Shown: one piece after another, positions 1 to 11,920 of the stretch
Layout of the letters: every line of letters begins with the position of its first letter
Position numbering within the stretch: position 1 is the stretch's first letter
Assembly (NCBI GenBank): GCA_047495785.1
Contig: JBLDXI010000003.1
Span: forward strand, 4,464,001-4,528,000
Length of the DNA stretch: 64,000 nucleotides
Source: Lepidodermella squamata
Lineage: Eukaryota > Animalia > Gastrotricha
Direction: 5' to 3'
The notes under the pieces: model-generated
Seen by the model: the letters and a program-made list of their open reading frames with translations, nothing else
What the model was told of the DNA's origin: nothing
The model's database searches: none
Translations under genes and position numbers: made by a program

Positions 1-19
1 TGATTTAGATCCCTAGAGG

Positions 20-853
20 ATGCCGGTTAAGAAGATCATCAAGAAGATCGTGAAGAAGGTTCCGGCGAGCCAACTGGCTGCCGCCCAAGCTGCAGCTGCC
101 GCGGCTGCTAAGAAGGACGCAAAGAAGAAGAGGTTAAACCCTCTCTTTGAGCGCAAGGCTAAGAACTTTGGCATTGGCCAGGATATTCAGCCTAAGCGTG
201 ATGTTAGCCGCTTCGTTCGCTGGCCCAAGTACGTCCGTCTTCAACGCCAGAAGGCTGTTTTGCTGAAACGTCTCAAGGTTCCGCCAGCGATCAACCAATT
301 CAAGCTTACATTGGAGCGTCAAACGACCTCCGAGCTGTTCCGTCTTCTTAACAAGTACCGCCCGGAGACCAAGTGGCAAAAGAAGGCCCGTCAGAAGGCT
401 GCCGCCGAAAAGAAGGTTAGCGGAGCTGACAAGGATGCGTCTAAACGCCCGCCGGTCGTTCGCAGCGGTATTAACACTGTTACCCGATTGGTGGAGCAGA
501 AGAAGGCTCAGCTTGTCGTCATTGCTCACGACGTCGAGCCCGTCGAAATCGTTATCTTCCTGCCTGCCCTCTGCCGTAAAATGGGTGTCCCATATTGTAT
601 CGTCAAGGGCAAGGCTCGCCTCGGCCAGGTCGTCAATTTCAAGACTTGCGCTGCTTTGGCGATCACCAACGTCAACTCGGAAGATCGCTCATCGCTGTCG
701 AAGTTGATCGAAGCCGTCAGGACCAACTTCAATGATCGCTACGAAGACATCCGCAGGCACTGGGGTGGTGGTGTTCTTGGCCTTAAGACTCAAGCTCGCG
801 TAGCTAAGCTCGAGAAGGCGAAGGCCCGTGAGCTCCGCCAGAAGATGGGTTAA
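20..853 (+). CDS. RPL7A: 60S ribosomal protein L7a (eL8), intronless CDS
   Basis: Motifs [65 protein letters not shown]; AATAAA near 926. Confidence 0.98.
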   Translation: MPVKKIIKKIVKKVPASQLAAAQAAAAAAAKKDAKKKRLNPLFERKAKNFGIGQDIQPKRDVSRFVRWPKYVRLQRQKAVLLKRLKVPPAINQFKLTLERQTTSELFRLLNKYRPETKWQKKARQKAAAEKKVSGADKDASKRPPVVRSGINTVTRLVEQKKAQLVVIAHDVEPVEIVIFLPALCRKMGVPYCIVKGKARLGQVVNFKTCAALAITNVNSEDRSSLSKLIEAVRTNFNDRYEDIRRHWGGGVLGLKTQARVAKLEKAKARELRQKMG

Positions 854-1005
854 AAAAACATTCAATAGTTTTTTGAGAGCAGAGTTGTATTGTGGTTCTA
901 TCAATACTGTGCGCATGGTGCGATAAATAAAAATTTTGAAAGATTGTGCTGCTGACGCTAAAATATATCCGTTTTTTCTATATCATAGGTATTTTTTACT
1001 CGGAA

Positions 1006-1662
1006 ATGAAGCATTATGGGGTGACGTTGGTTGCACTGACGTCTTATTTGGTGTGCTCGACTGCGATGGTCGTTAAAGATTCATCGAATGCGCAGGTCAT
1101 AGCTACAGCTTCAGCAAATCTTTATCGGGCGAATGAGTACGGAATCTACAGTCACGGCGTTATCACCTTTGAACAAGTAAAAGAGGCTGATTCGATGCAT
1201 GTTAGAATTCGTGGTCGCCTCAAGAGCATCGACCCAGTGGAACAGGATCACGCCTTCACTATACATAATGGACCTGCTTCTTGGGAAAAAGGCTGCACCG
1301 ATCTAGGTGGTCACTTCAACCCTCAGAAAACCAGCCATGGCGCACCAACGGAAGCCGCTACATCTCGTCATGTTGGAGATTTGGGCAATATCTACATTAA
1401 CAAATTTGGATTTGCTGATATTAATACAAATGATAATTTGATTCAACTTGGAACAAAAGATTCTAATTTTGACATCCTGGGCAAAACTCTGGCAATTCAT
1501 TATCTCCCAGACGATTTCGGCCGAGGAAATAACACGCGCTCAGTGCCTGACGCAGGAGCTATTATCGCTTGCGGAAACATCGAAGTAAAAAGCGGCTCTC
1601 CTGCATTTGCTGCTTCACCCGTCTTGATCCTCCTCTTTTTGTTGTATGCACTAATATTTTGA
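1006..1662 (+). CDS. Extracellular, probably GPI-anchored Cu/Zn superoxide dismutase-like protein (catalytic residues substituted)
   Basis: Signal peptide from ATG 1006; GCTDLGGHFNP, HGAP, RHVGDLGNI, ILGKTLAIH, IACG motifs; hydrophobic C-terminus after KSGSPAFAAS. Confidence 0.88.
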   Translation: MKHYGVTLVALTSYLVCSTAMVVKDSSNAQVIATASANLYRANEYGIYSHGVITFEQVKEADSMHVRIRGRLKSIDPVEQDHAFTIHNGPASWEKGCTDLGGHFNPQKTSHGAPTEAATSRHVGDLGNIYINKFGFADINTNDNLIQLGTKDSNFDILGKTLAIHYLPDDFGRGNNTRSVPDAGAIIACGNIEVKSGSPAFAASPVLILLFLLYALIF

Positions 1663-2260
1663 AACAAGTGGCATTTCTCAGACATTTGCAGGCTTTAATT
1701 TTCTTCCGAGTCGTGGGATTTTTTGTAATATGCAACAATTTTATGCTAATGGTTTGTATTGAAAACATTTTGTTTGCCCAATTATTTTATACTCGAAAGT
1801 ACGCTGATGAGAGAAGTTGACACTTGATTATTTGAAATTTCTACGCTGGCGTGAGTAAATTTTATATTTCATTGCTATTGAAGATCGAATCACGGGCGTT
1901 ATTATTTTCCTGTGAGCGTCTCTTCTTTCTCCATCTCTCTCTTACTAGTACGGTTGTGTGCCTTGCTGCTCGCTCTACTCAGTAGAGTTTAAACTGACGA
2001 AAGGTTGTGTTTGTTGTTTTGGATTAGCGCTCAATTTTATCTACACTCTTTGTTACTAATTATAACTGTTGAACAAGAATTCCTAGAATTTGGTGCACTG
2101 CACTGTTGCCAGTCGAGGATGCTTCCAGATTCGAGTTTTTGCAGCGATTAATTGTGTCACTTTCGACAATAACGATGGAATATTAAACAAAGCTAAATCA
2201 ATGCTGAATGACCGGTCTTTTTGTTCATCTAAAAAATAGATATTAAAAGAGATTTGTTTG

Positions 2261-5200
2261 ATGCGGCCCGATCACACAACCTGGTATGAGCTCATCTTAG
2301 ACACGACTGTTCTCAATGAGCAACTAGCAAAATGCTCGCTCGCTCAGAAGGTCGATCTGCTCAATCGACTGCTATATCAGATCTATGTATTGAACCGAGT
2401 GGTCGACCTGCCAAGTGCAGTGCAAGCGGTCGCGGCTCAGAAAAAGCAGGACATCCAGGCTGTTTGCTTGAAATTCGCCAACGACATGCTTTGGGACTTG
2501 GAAACACTGCTTGACAATATTCAGCCATGTCTAATCGAAAATTTGCTCAATTACCTTATTCGCTTCACTCGTGCCATTGATCTCGACCCGGCTGCTATTG
2601 ACCAGGTCACCGACGGACAACTCACAATTCAGCAAACCGCCTTAATTATGTGGCATCTATGGGTTGTATTGGCCTGGATAAAAGGAGCTCAAGTTCGAGC
2701 TGGGGCTAAACCGGACCGACAGCTAGCTCTTCCGAAATTAGCTGTTACAGTGGTTTCGGGGTTAACTAACCCTGTAACAACCTTAGCGAGCAATAACGAT
2801 ATATCGTATTCGGTCATCAACAAGGAAATACAAAATTCTGTCGCAGTTTTGACCAAACTCTGCCAGCGGACGGACATTCTGGCGTTTCTCCTACCGAAAA
2901 CCAGCGCGTTCATAGTTTCGCTGAATGCTGAGAGCGGAGCTGAGTTGGCGAGCCAAGGAGAAAACGGCGTGTCGCCCTGTTTCATCGATAACGATTTCGT
3001 AATCATTCGCTGGTCGGTGCTTCGAGCGAAAATCGCGTTCGTCTTGCTGAAGTACAACTTGATATCATCCAACTACCAAGCCGTAGCATCTTTGCACGGT
3101 TCGTTACACGATTTGATGCACGACCTGCCGGCTAATAACGATTTGTCTGAAAAATTCATTGCCACTATCGATCGCCATTACCTTGAAAATGCCTGGAATC
3201 TCAGCCAGTCTGTTGTTAATAGGTCCAACGTATGGAATTCTTTGGTGGATAACATTCTCAAACGCGAATTCGATGCTGCAGAGCAGCTTTTCGCGAACAA
3301 CTTTTCGAAATTCCCGAGTACATTTTTCTATGAAGAGCTGCAGCATAAATCGTATGATGACGAACAAAAGTTCTTCCTAAAACTCTTCTACGCGATTCGT
3401 GCGATTTTCGAGTGTCAATCCGCTAGTTTTGTTGCGAATTCTTGCGGATTAATGTTCACCCAGTCGGGAAATGGCGAACTGCTGGGGAAAGTTCTCGATT
3501 TTTTCGCGAAGAAATGGGACTCGCTAGATGAGAATCAGCGTAAATCATGCGCGATTTTCGCCGAAAATGCCGCTATGTTGGATCCTTCGTTATTTTGCCC
3601 TGTCATCGTATCTTCTTCACTGATTGACCGAGAGGAGTTCTGCGAGCTGTCAGGATTTGTCAATATGTTCTCGAATCAGAACGAAGATCAAGAAATGATG
3701 GATGAAAGTTCGAAAACTCACGATCAGATTTTGCTCAATCAGGTTTTGAAAAGCACCCCACAGGAACAGTTGAAACTCTCATTCCAAGGGAACGAAATTC
3801 GTGCGTTGCTCAGCAGTTTGAAACCGAGTTCGATCGACGAAATGGCCACTCTTTTGCTGCCTCATTCTTCTCTAGTCCCCAGGCGAATAATCACTGCGTT
3901 GGTTGGAGTCACGCAGATTCCGAATGCTAGTTTCACCTTGGCCTTCACCGTGAAGGGGAAGCAATTGATGGAAAAGGGGTTGTTTGAGGATGCGAGTCAT
4001 TTGCTGAAGGAAGCGCAAGAACTCGCGTCGCAAATGTCACCCAAAATATACAATTACGTGTCATGCCTGTACTATTCGTGTGAATTCGAGCGCGGATCAG
4101 TTGTCGGACTTCCGATACTATTCCAAAACGCCTCCACACTGATAAAGGCAGGGCTTGATTCGGGCGATAGTGAAATGCTCGACTCACCTGATGTCGTGAA
4201 TTTGTACCTTTTAATGGTGAGTGGCGTGTTGAATGCGAAAATGTATTCACATTTGATGCGGAGCCCATTGCAAAGCCCGGTATTTCTATTCGGGCAAGTC
4301 ATGGCGTCACTTCACCTGTGTCTATCAACGCAACAGCAGCAGCAACCGGATTCGGCTATGCCGACATTTGGTGGCGATTTGAAAGCCGTTGCCAAAACCT
4401 ACTTTGACATCATTGTTCAGTTGCATCTGAGTAATGAACAGCGAGAGGGTGATAAACCACGCGGGCCGGATTCGCGGGGATCACGGCCGGACACATCTGG
4501 GTCCCGGCCAGGTGGTTTCCGAGATCGAGCTTCGATGGGTCGAGGAGGGCCCCAAGGCCCCGGTGCTGATGGCTACGATGATCCAAAGTGGAAGCCTCAC
4601 TACGAAATTCGGTAATAATCCTCCTTAACTTTGATCATTTTCCAAAGCTATCAGAATTAAAAAAGGCGTGTCAAGTGCCTATTCCTGAATTGTTCATAAA
4701 ATACTCAGTTTTTCGCCGTCTTTCAAGAAGGCTAACTTTGTATACTTTTTCAGGTTTTGGTGGAGCCTATACAGCCGCCTGACTGACCCGCAACTGTTGG
4801 TCTACCTTATCTCATGTTATGCAAAGCTGTATGCCGGAGTAAAATCTGACCTTGCCTGCGACGTTTATAATCCATACTTCAGCATTTGGCCATCTTCTGT
4901 GTCGAGTAGGTACATTTCAACCTATTAAAATGTATGTGATTTAATTTCGAATTCAGGTCAGCTCGACACTGCTTCAAGGTCTAGTATTGGCGAAACACTG
5001 CATTTTCTCCTGGAGACTTTGGCTAAACTAGCGCCGGAAATGGCAATGGCGTGGCGTTTCGCAGGTGATTCACAGGTGGCAGTGAGTCTGCCTGGCAACG
5101 CTATCGCCTCGTATTGCCGCCTGTTCCACGTAGCATCCAAGTCATTCTCATCGGAACCGGACGCTAGCGTTGTTGACGACACCGTCCTCCGGTCGATCAT

Positions 5201-5564
5201 CCGCTGTTTCACGCACCTGCGATGTCCGATGAAGGTCGCAATCGTCACGCAGTATCTATCGGACCCTGATTATTGCGTGGCGTTTCAGTCGTTGACTGAA
5301 TACTGGACCACGGCAACAGACGCTGACGATGTGCTGTTTCCTTTCGTCATCGACCCGGTACTTCTCGAGTTTTTGATCAATTTCTACGAAACTCGAGGTT
5401 GCGGTGATACAAAGAAGGCATTGCTCATCAAAATGGCTCACCAGACAACGCCAGACATGAACCCGAACAACAACCCGGTCGCCGCTGGCCGGGCGGCTGT
5501 TAAACTCGCTTCGAAGCTGGCATTTTTTAAAATGTGTTTCTATGAGTACTGCTGCTCTACCTGA
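2261..5564 (+). CDS. INTS8: Integrator complex subunit 8 (exons ~2261-4611, 4754-4905, 4957-5564)
   Basis: N-terminal WYELIL resembles INTS8 WFEFLL; C-terminal IIRCFTHLRCPMKVAIVTQYL..DY..AFQSL..IDPVLLEFL matches the INTS8 C-terminus; GT-AG introns keep the frame. Confidence 0.82.
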
Positions 5565-5644
5565 CTCACGAGTCTTTAGTAATATTCTATTCTCTAAAAT
5601 AGTTTTCATTTCTTTGCTAGAAGTTTTTAAAAGACTGATTGCAG

Positions 5645-6311
5645 ATGGGCAGTTGTTTAGGCCGTTTGCTCAATGACGCAGACGGCGACAATGCCGCGCC
5701 GAACCCCGCGCAACCCGCGCCCAGCCAGCGCCAGTCGCGGCGGCAACGTCGGAGCCAGGCGTCTAATAGCCTGAATAACAACCAGGACGACGACGACGTG
5801 CCGTTATTAGCTGGTTCAGGGTCGGACGACCCGCCTGCTGGAGGCTCCAGGCGGCACCGGCGTCGTCACAACCGGTCCTCGCGGTCCGGTGGCGGCGGTC
5901 AATCGAACCCGGCCGCTGCTGGTCACCTACAGTATTTTGTTGGCGCCTCGACATCGGGCGATCCGGCCTCGCTCGACTCGAATGCTGATATTAAGCTGGC
6001 GCAGCGCGTTGGTCTCATCCAGCAACTGCCTCTTATCCGATACGACGAGGAGCGAAAACAAATTGCCAGAGAGTAAGCTTAATTTCTTTCCTATATAGGT
6101 CTATGTAGTAATTGGTGGTGATTTTTCTAGATGCGTGATATGTATGATCGAATTCGAGCAGAACGACATGCTGCGGTGTCTGCCGTGCCTGCATTCATTT
6201 CACGAGAACTGCATCGACCAATGGCTGCTAAAATCACTCACATGTCCTTCTTGCATGGAACCCGTCGACGCCGCGTTGCTAGCCACTTTCGCGACCGGCT
6301 GGTCGAGTTGA
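5645..6311 (+). CDS. RNF11: RING-H2 E3 ligase RNF11-like (exons 5645-6072, 6131-6311)
   Basis: MGSC acylation-type N-terminus; AQRVGLIQQLP; spliced exon 2 reads ECVICMIEFEQNDMLRCLPCLHSFHENCIDQWLLKSLTCPSCMEPVDAALL. Confidence 0.92.
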
Positions 6312-7725
6312 GTCCATCCAATCAGTCGCAATCAGTCAGTCTTTTACAAGAATTCAATATAATATGATTGTTTCACCGCGCTGACTTGTCATGTCTCGGA
6401 TTTTATCATGCACTCGAATCTCCGTGTCACTTATTTTTCTTCGTCTCTCTCTCTGTTTCGGGTGGGTCTTTGTTTTCTTTCTGTGATCCGATTTTTAAAG
6501 AATAGCGAGATCAGTGCTACATAGCGGAACGAGATCCAAAGCGATTTTAGTTACGTCTCCCTTGTTTCACTTATTATCCACGAACTCGGAACTATTTAGA
6601 GGAAAATTGATGATGATATATAAAAAATGAACTCATTATGTACCTTCTTTCTCGTGCTTTTTACTGATAATAATGTCAGCTTGACAATTATATTTTTCGT
6701 TTCATTTTTGTGTGCATAAATTAAAAAGGCTACTAAAACTATCTGTCTTGAACTTGAGCTACTGGTCGTTTGTACACAAAGATAATTATGATTGTTATAC
6801 TTGCAAACTTTACTGGGGCGATTAGACGTTTGTTTTTTACTGGGAAATGCGATGGAGTATCTGCTGCCGGCGGCGAAGTCGCGCGGCGTTTGTCTCAAGT
6901 TTTTCTTCAACTTCTATACAATGAGAATTCCGGCCCGCAAATGTCATGTCTTCGTCTCCTTCACACTTGACGAAGAAGGTGCAGTAAAACTTGGCGAAAT
7001 TACAGTGCGTTGCATGCCATTTGTACGATTGTTTCAGCGTTCGTGTCATCGCCTCACCAAGGGGCTTCATACTTCTTATAAAGCGGATGAAATTTGATTT
7101 TTTTCGAAGTGCGTAGTGAATAGAGCTCTTGTTATACAATAATGACACCGTTTTTTCCACGAAAATGTAATAAAATGCCGACGTTGATTAAAAGGCGATG
7201 TCTTTTTGCAAGTGTTGAAAAGTACACGTGACAAAGTCAGTTTTGGCGAAATCCCGACTTGACGAGATTTCGATATTACTTCCGAAGGCCAATAATCCAG
7301 AAATCATTCGATATCAAAGGGAAGCTAACAGCCATCTCACATATACACCTGCACTTATATGAGTTGCTAAAAAAAACAGGAAATTGTTGAAAAATCATGC
7401 TTGAAAATCGAATCATTTTTCCGTTTTCGTAATTCTCAACAGGGAAATTATTAGAAGGAATGTCTCATACAGGAGAGATTTCCGAAGCAGATGAATTCAA
7501 TAGGTCTGAAATTTGATAGCATGCCTAACGAAAGCTTTTCCATATCGTTCTGAAACTAAGATTTTCCTTCCCTTTTCAAGGGAATGGTGAGGCGTCAAAA
7601 GCTCTGACACTAATTCATAAAAATTAGTGCGACCTCATGTTCAAAGGGAAATGAACTCTGTTTTCGGTCAAGACACTTCTCGCGATGCGCTCGCAAATTC
7701 GCAAAATGTGGATAATTGTCTGTAA

Positions 7726-8154
7726 TACCGTCAACTGGGGTCACTTCAACGTACCAAAATGGGGTGACTTTGGCGTACCAAAAATCAACAATATCAAATA
7801 ACTGTATTACCCCGCGAGTGGGGTACTGTTGGATAGCCCAAGGAAAGGCCAGCATGGATGTGTACAATGAACATCAATGCAGCCCACCTGAGAACATACA
7901 ATAGCAAGTGAAGTTTTGGGAAAATTTCGAAAAGTTTATTTTTTTATTCAAACTTTGGTGACTGCCCAACTGAAGCCGTCTGATCAAAATTGAAATCGTA
8001 TGCCATTTTCAGACTGCATTTCCTCCAGGCTATCCAACGGTACCCCACTCGCGGGGTATTTACCTTACCATCGTTGATATTTGGTACGCCAAAGTCACCC
8101 CATTTTGGTACGTCGAAGTGACCCCACTGCCCAAGTTCACCCTAGTTGACGGTA
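7726..8154. mobile_element. Non-autonomous DNA transposon (MITE), TA-flanked, likely Tc1/pogo-type
   Basis: Left TA|CCGTCAACT..GGGGTCACTTC..GTACCAAAATGGGGTGACTTTGGCGTACCAAA..ACCCCGCGAGTGGGTAC..TTGGATAGCC is mirrored in reverse complement at ~8025-8154, ending AGTTGACGG|TA; no transposase ORF. Confidence 0.8.
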
Positions 8155-8395
8155 CTTTAGGTTTTAGTTTATTCCAGTTTCATCCAAGGGGACGCTATCT
8201 AGAAAATCGATTCGTTTATTTCTATTCAAAACATATATATCGACAGAACACAGTTTAGAGGGCATCAGTATATTCTCGAACAAGGCCGAGGACAAATAGC
8301 ATAAAGTTTTATACACATTTTTTACACAGCAGACTGCAAGAGAGCGACCTGCGAGGCGAGATTCATCGGCGACTTTCCGCTATTGGAAAGAGCTG

Positions 8396-11052
8396 TTATT
8401 GGCAACCGAGTACGGCGAACTTGGCCGTCATCCACCTGTGCTCGGAGCGGGGTAAAAACCGTACATATCGCGCACGCACCGGAGGCCAGATGCGGTTAAC
8501 GACGTTGCTGATAGCATCGCGATTGCCGGGGAACACGCGGTCGACCGGCTCGCTGTTGTCGTTGTTGTTTTTCAGGGTCGACCACACAAGCGGGCGCGAT
8601 GGCGAAGTTGCGATGTAATATGATGTCACCCACTCGTCATTGGCCGGCGAGCCTCGCGTCACAAAGCCGGTTATTTGGCGCTCGTAGCCTAGGTCGATTT
8701 GCAGGAAGGCACCAGGCTCGTGATTGAGCCCAGTCGACCAACAGCATGGCGCATCGGGATTGGCTGACACTCGCGTAAACAGAGCAAGGTATGGGTAGTG
8801 ATTGCGCCAATATGAAGAACCCTGGACTTGCTCGTCTTTGATGGAAACTGTCAAATCAGCGTCGCACATGACATCGCTGGCGGCTGAAGTCGTCGAATAG
8901 CGCAGCTTAAAACCGCGGCTTTGAACGTGAGGATCTGTCTCGAAGCGCAGGAACACACTGCCGCCAGGTATGGTCAGCGAGGGCGGTTGGCCCTTGCCAC
9001 AAAGTGTAGCCACTAACGGCGCGTGGTTGCCTTGGCCTGAATAAATCAGCAATCGGTCGCTCATGCATGAAGCCGAGTCTTCGAGGTCGAAGTCCTCGAA
9101 TTCGATGCGAACAGGAACACCAGGTGGCTGTCGGATCAGCCATTGGCACAGATCGTTCGGGTTGTAGTCACCTGAGCCGTAGTTTGGCGACAAAATGTAC
9201 CCAGTGTCGTCGTTGATCAGTTTCTGCCGACCTTGGCACAAGCTCGATCGGTTAATTTTGATAAAATCGGCAGCTGAAATGGAAAATTATATGAGATTAC
9301 CAAAAAAAGCCGTAAGCCACAGAATATCACGTCTGTTACACAGCCCATAAAAATACTAAACTTAATATCCAAATTGAAAACTTACGGATTTCACTGTAAT
9401 ATGCAGAAAAGCCTGGAAGAGTTTCGCTCGCGTCTGTGATAAATTCCAGAAGTAGAGCATTTTGGGTACTAACAATGTTCCCAGGCAGCTCGGTTCCACA
9501 AAGTTGCGCCAATAACGGAGCCGTGTTCGAGCTGCCGTCATAAATGGTCAATAAATCGCCCGATGTGAGGTCACAACGACCCGATTTAGGCTTGCTCAGC
9601 TGGAAATCTTCGAATGATAAGCGGATCCTGCCAGGCGCAGGCACTGAAATCAGCCACGCACAGAAGTCGTTTGAGAAGTAGAATCCGTTCCCGTAGTTCG
9701 GGGATTCAACACGCCCGCGAACGCCGGTTAAAATTGATCGCTTTCCGTTGCAGCGATCACGCTGACTGGTTATAAATTGCGGTAATGAGCCGGCAGAAGC
9801 ATTAATAGCGGCCATCAGACCGAGCCCATTGTTAGGCTGTGGTTGTTGGAACACATTATTCGTCGGAGCAACAGCAGCAGCTAAATAAAGATAAAGTAAC
9901 AAATTAGCCACACAATTCTGACAACCACACTAAGACAAATGTCTGATTTTGATGTTTGATAAATCTTACGTTCAGACGATATTTTCAGATTGAATCCCTC
10001 CTCTTCCACGTAGCCGTTGCTGATGAACTTGAGGATAATGACATTGTTACTCGAAAGCAATGGCTTGGGTGTCTGAAAGCCGCAGAGACGGACAAGGCTT
10101 GGGTGATGATCGCTCGGCCCATCGATGATTTCGAGCGAATCAGCCATGCACCCAGCACTGTCTTGTAAATTGAACAGCTCGAAGGTAACGCGCAACACCT
10201 GACCCCGATTAGCCGCCATCACCCATGTGCACATATCATTGGGTGGGTAGTTGCCATCGGCGTAGTTCGGCGACACGAGCGTCACCTCTTGTCCGTTGTT
10301 AATTTTCGTCTGGATTGTCTGCCCGCCACACCGATCGCGAGCCATGCCGTTGTTCAACCCGGCCTGAGCTGCCTTCGACCCAGGCACTGGTGGCAACGAG
10401 TCAATAATGTTGTATGTTAATTTGAAGCCTTTTCGCTCTGTCGTTCCGTCGCTTTTGAATTTGAGGTAAACGGTGTTTGAACTGGAAATTATGTCCAAAG
10501 GCCGGAACTCGCCGCAGAATTTGCCGAGCTCGCGAGCTTTATGATCGAAGCCGTCGAATAATTTCAAGTAGTCGAAGCCACAATGATTATCGCCTTCAAC
10601 GTCGAACGTGTCAAAATGAATGAGAATGCGCTTGCCATACGGCGCTTCTATCCGCCAACGGCAGTAGTCGTTTTTCTCGTAGAGGCTGCCGAAGTTTGGC
10701 GACAAAATGACGCCGCTAACGCCGCGCAGCAGAAACAGTTCACCATCGCATTTTTCACAGCTAGAATCGGCTACCAAGCTCCACAGCACTACTGCTAATT
10801 TGGTCACCCACAGCTGAAAGTTGAAGAAAAGCACTTTAGAATGATGACGCGCCAGTTATAGAAAAAAGCGATAGGGAAGCAATTAATCATCCACTGTATT
10901 AGCTCTAACGTAACGTAAGGTGGAATAGAGCACTATACATCGGAAATTCGAACCCAATGATTTACTATAACTGAGAAAATCCACTGATATAAATTAAAAT
11001 GGTGAGAAAGGGTTACTACCAAAGTGTGGGTAGACGTAATCCTCACCTTCAT
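8396..11052 (-). CDS. Secreted protein with four CUB domains and a C-terminal F5/8 type C (discoidin) domain
   Basis: Four C..G...SPN[YF]..Y...D.C.W.I...F..F.[LV]..C..D.L CUB repeats; FA58C motifs LQIDLG..ITGFVTRG..WVTSY..VFPGN..ARYVRFLP..VLGC; a 6-nt first coding exon ATGAAG|GTGAGG (11052-11047) spliced to 10813 gives signal peptide MKLWVTKLAVVLWSLVADS; no TM helix. Confidence 0.85.
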
Positions 11053-11920
11053 GATCTTCGCGATTCGTCACGATTATCTCAATTTTAAATGAGTAACTTG
11101 ACTCGTTTTACATAAACAGTACAGCTACTACCTACGATGATATTATAAAAGTATGTATGTTGTTTTTTCCTTGCGAAGTGACGTTGCCGTAACGTAGTAG
11201 TTGCTAAAAAGTGGTGACGAAGGAAACAGTTGTACTGCAGCACTAAGAAGTCCGGATGTTAATGAACAAAAACGGTAGCAAAAATTTCAACTGACATAGT
11301 CATATTGTGACAGTATGGGCCACAACGGCCGAGCTAATGTTTTCGCTGTGTAGAAACAATGTTAGCTGCAGGTAACTCGGGTTCCCTGATGAACTGATGA
11401 TCAAAGTCGGAGAACAAAAGCTGTTAAGAAATGCAGATGCTAGACTGCACACGCATTGAAACACGGCCGGCCGCTTTTTGCAGCCTGTGCTATCCCGACG
11501 ACGTACCTACTCATTATTAGTGTATCGCGCATCGGCTATAAACAATTCGCAGGTGAATTGATGGTGACACCGAGATGCGCGCGAGGACGCCAGCATTATT
11601 CAAGTACGACGCCGATCGCTTAGCTTTCGTTTGTTGTCGCCTGATGGTTCAAAATGTGGCCTTTTACGTCTCTGTCTAGTTCAGCCCATGGTCCATTGAT
11701 ACAACACGCTTCGGTATCGTTGTTTACAGCAAACCACTGCAAATTTCGCTGAATCACTCAGGTATACCAAAACGCTTAACAAAATTTTGAACCGAACATC
11801 GGTGCGAAAAAACGCGCACCGAGCAGAATATAATGATTCATTAATTGAAGCTAATTTGTAATACAAAGTTATAGGACGCCACCATCCGTGAGTTAATCGG
11901 TGCTTTTTTTGTTCTGAACC

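Noticed and set aside
7610-7904. Short ORFs with repeated peptide (FWY..VTP)
   Set aside because: Translation of MITE subterminal repeats.
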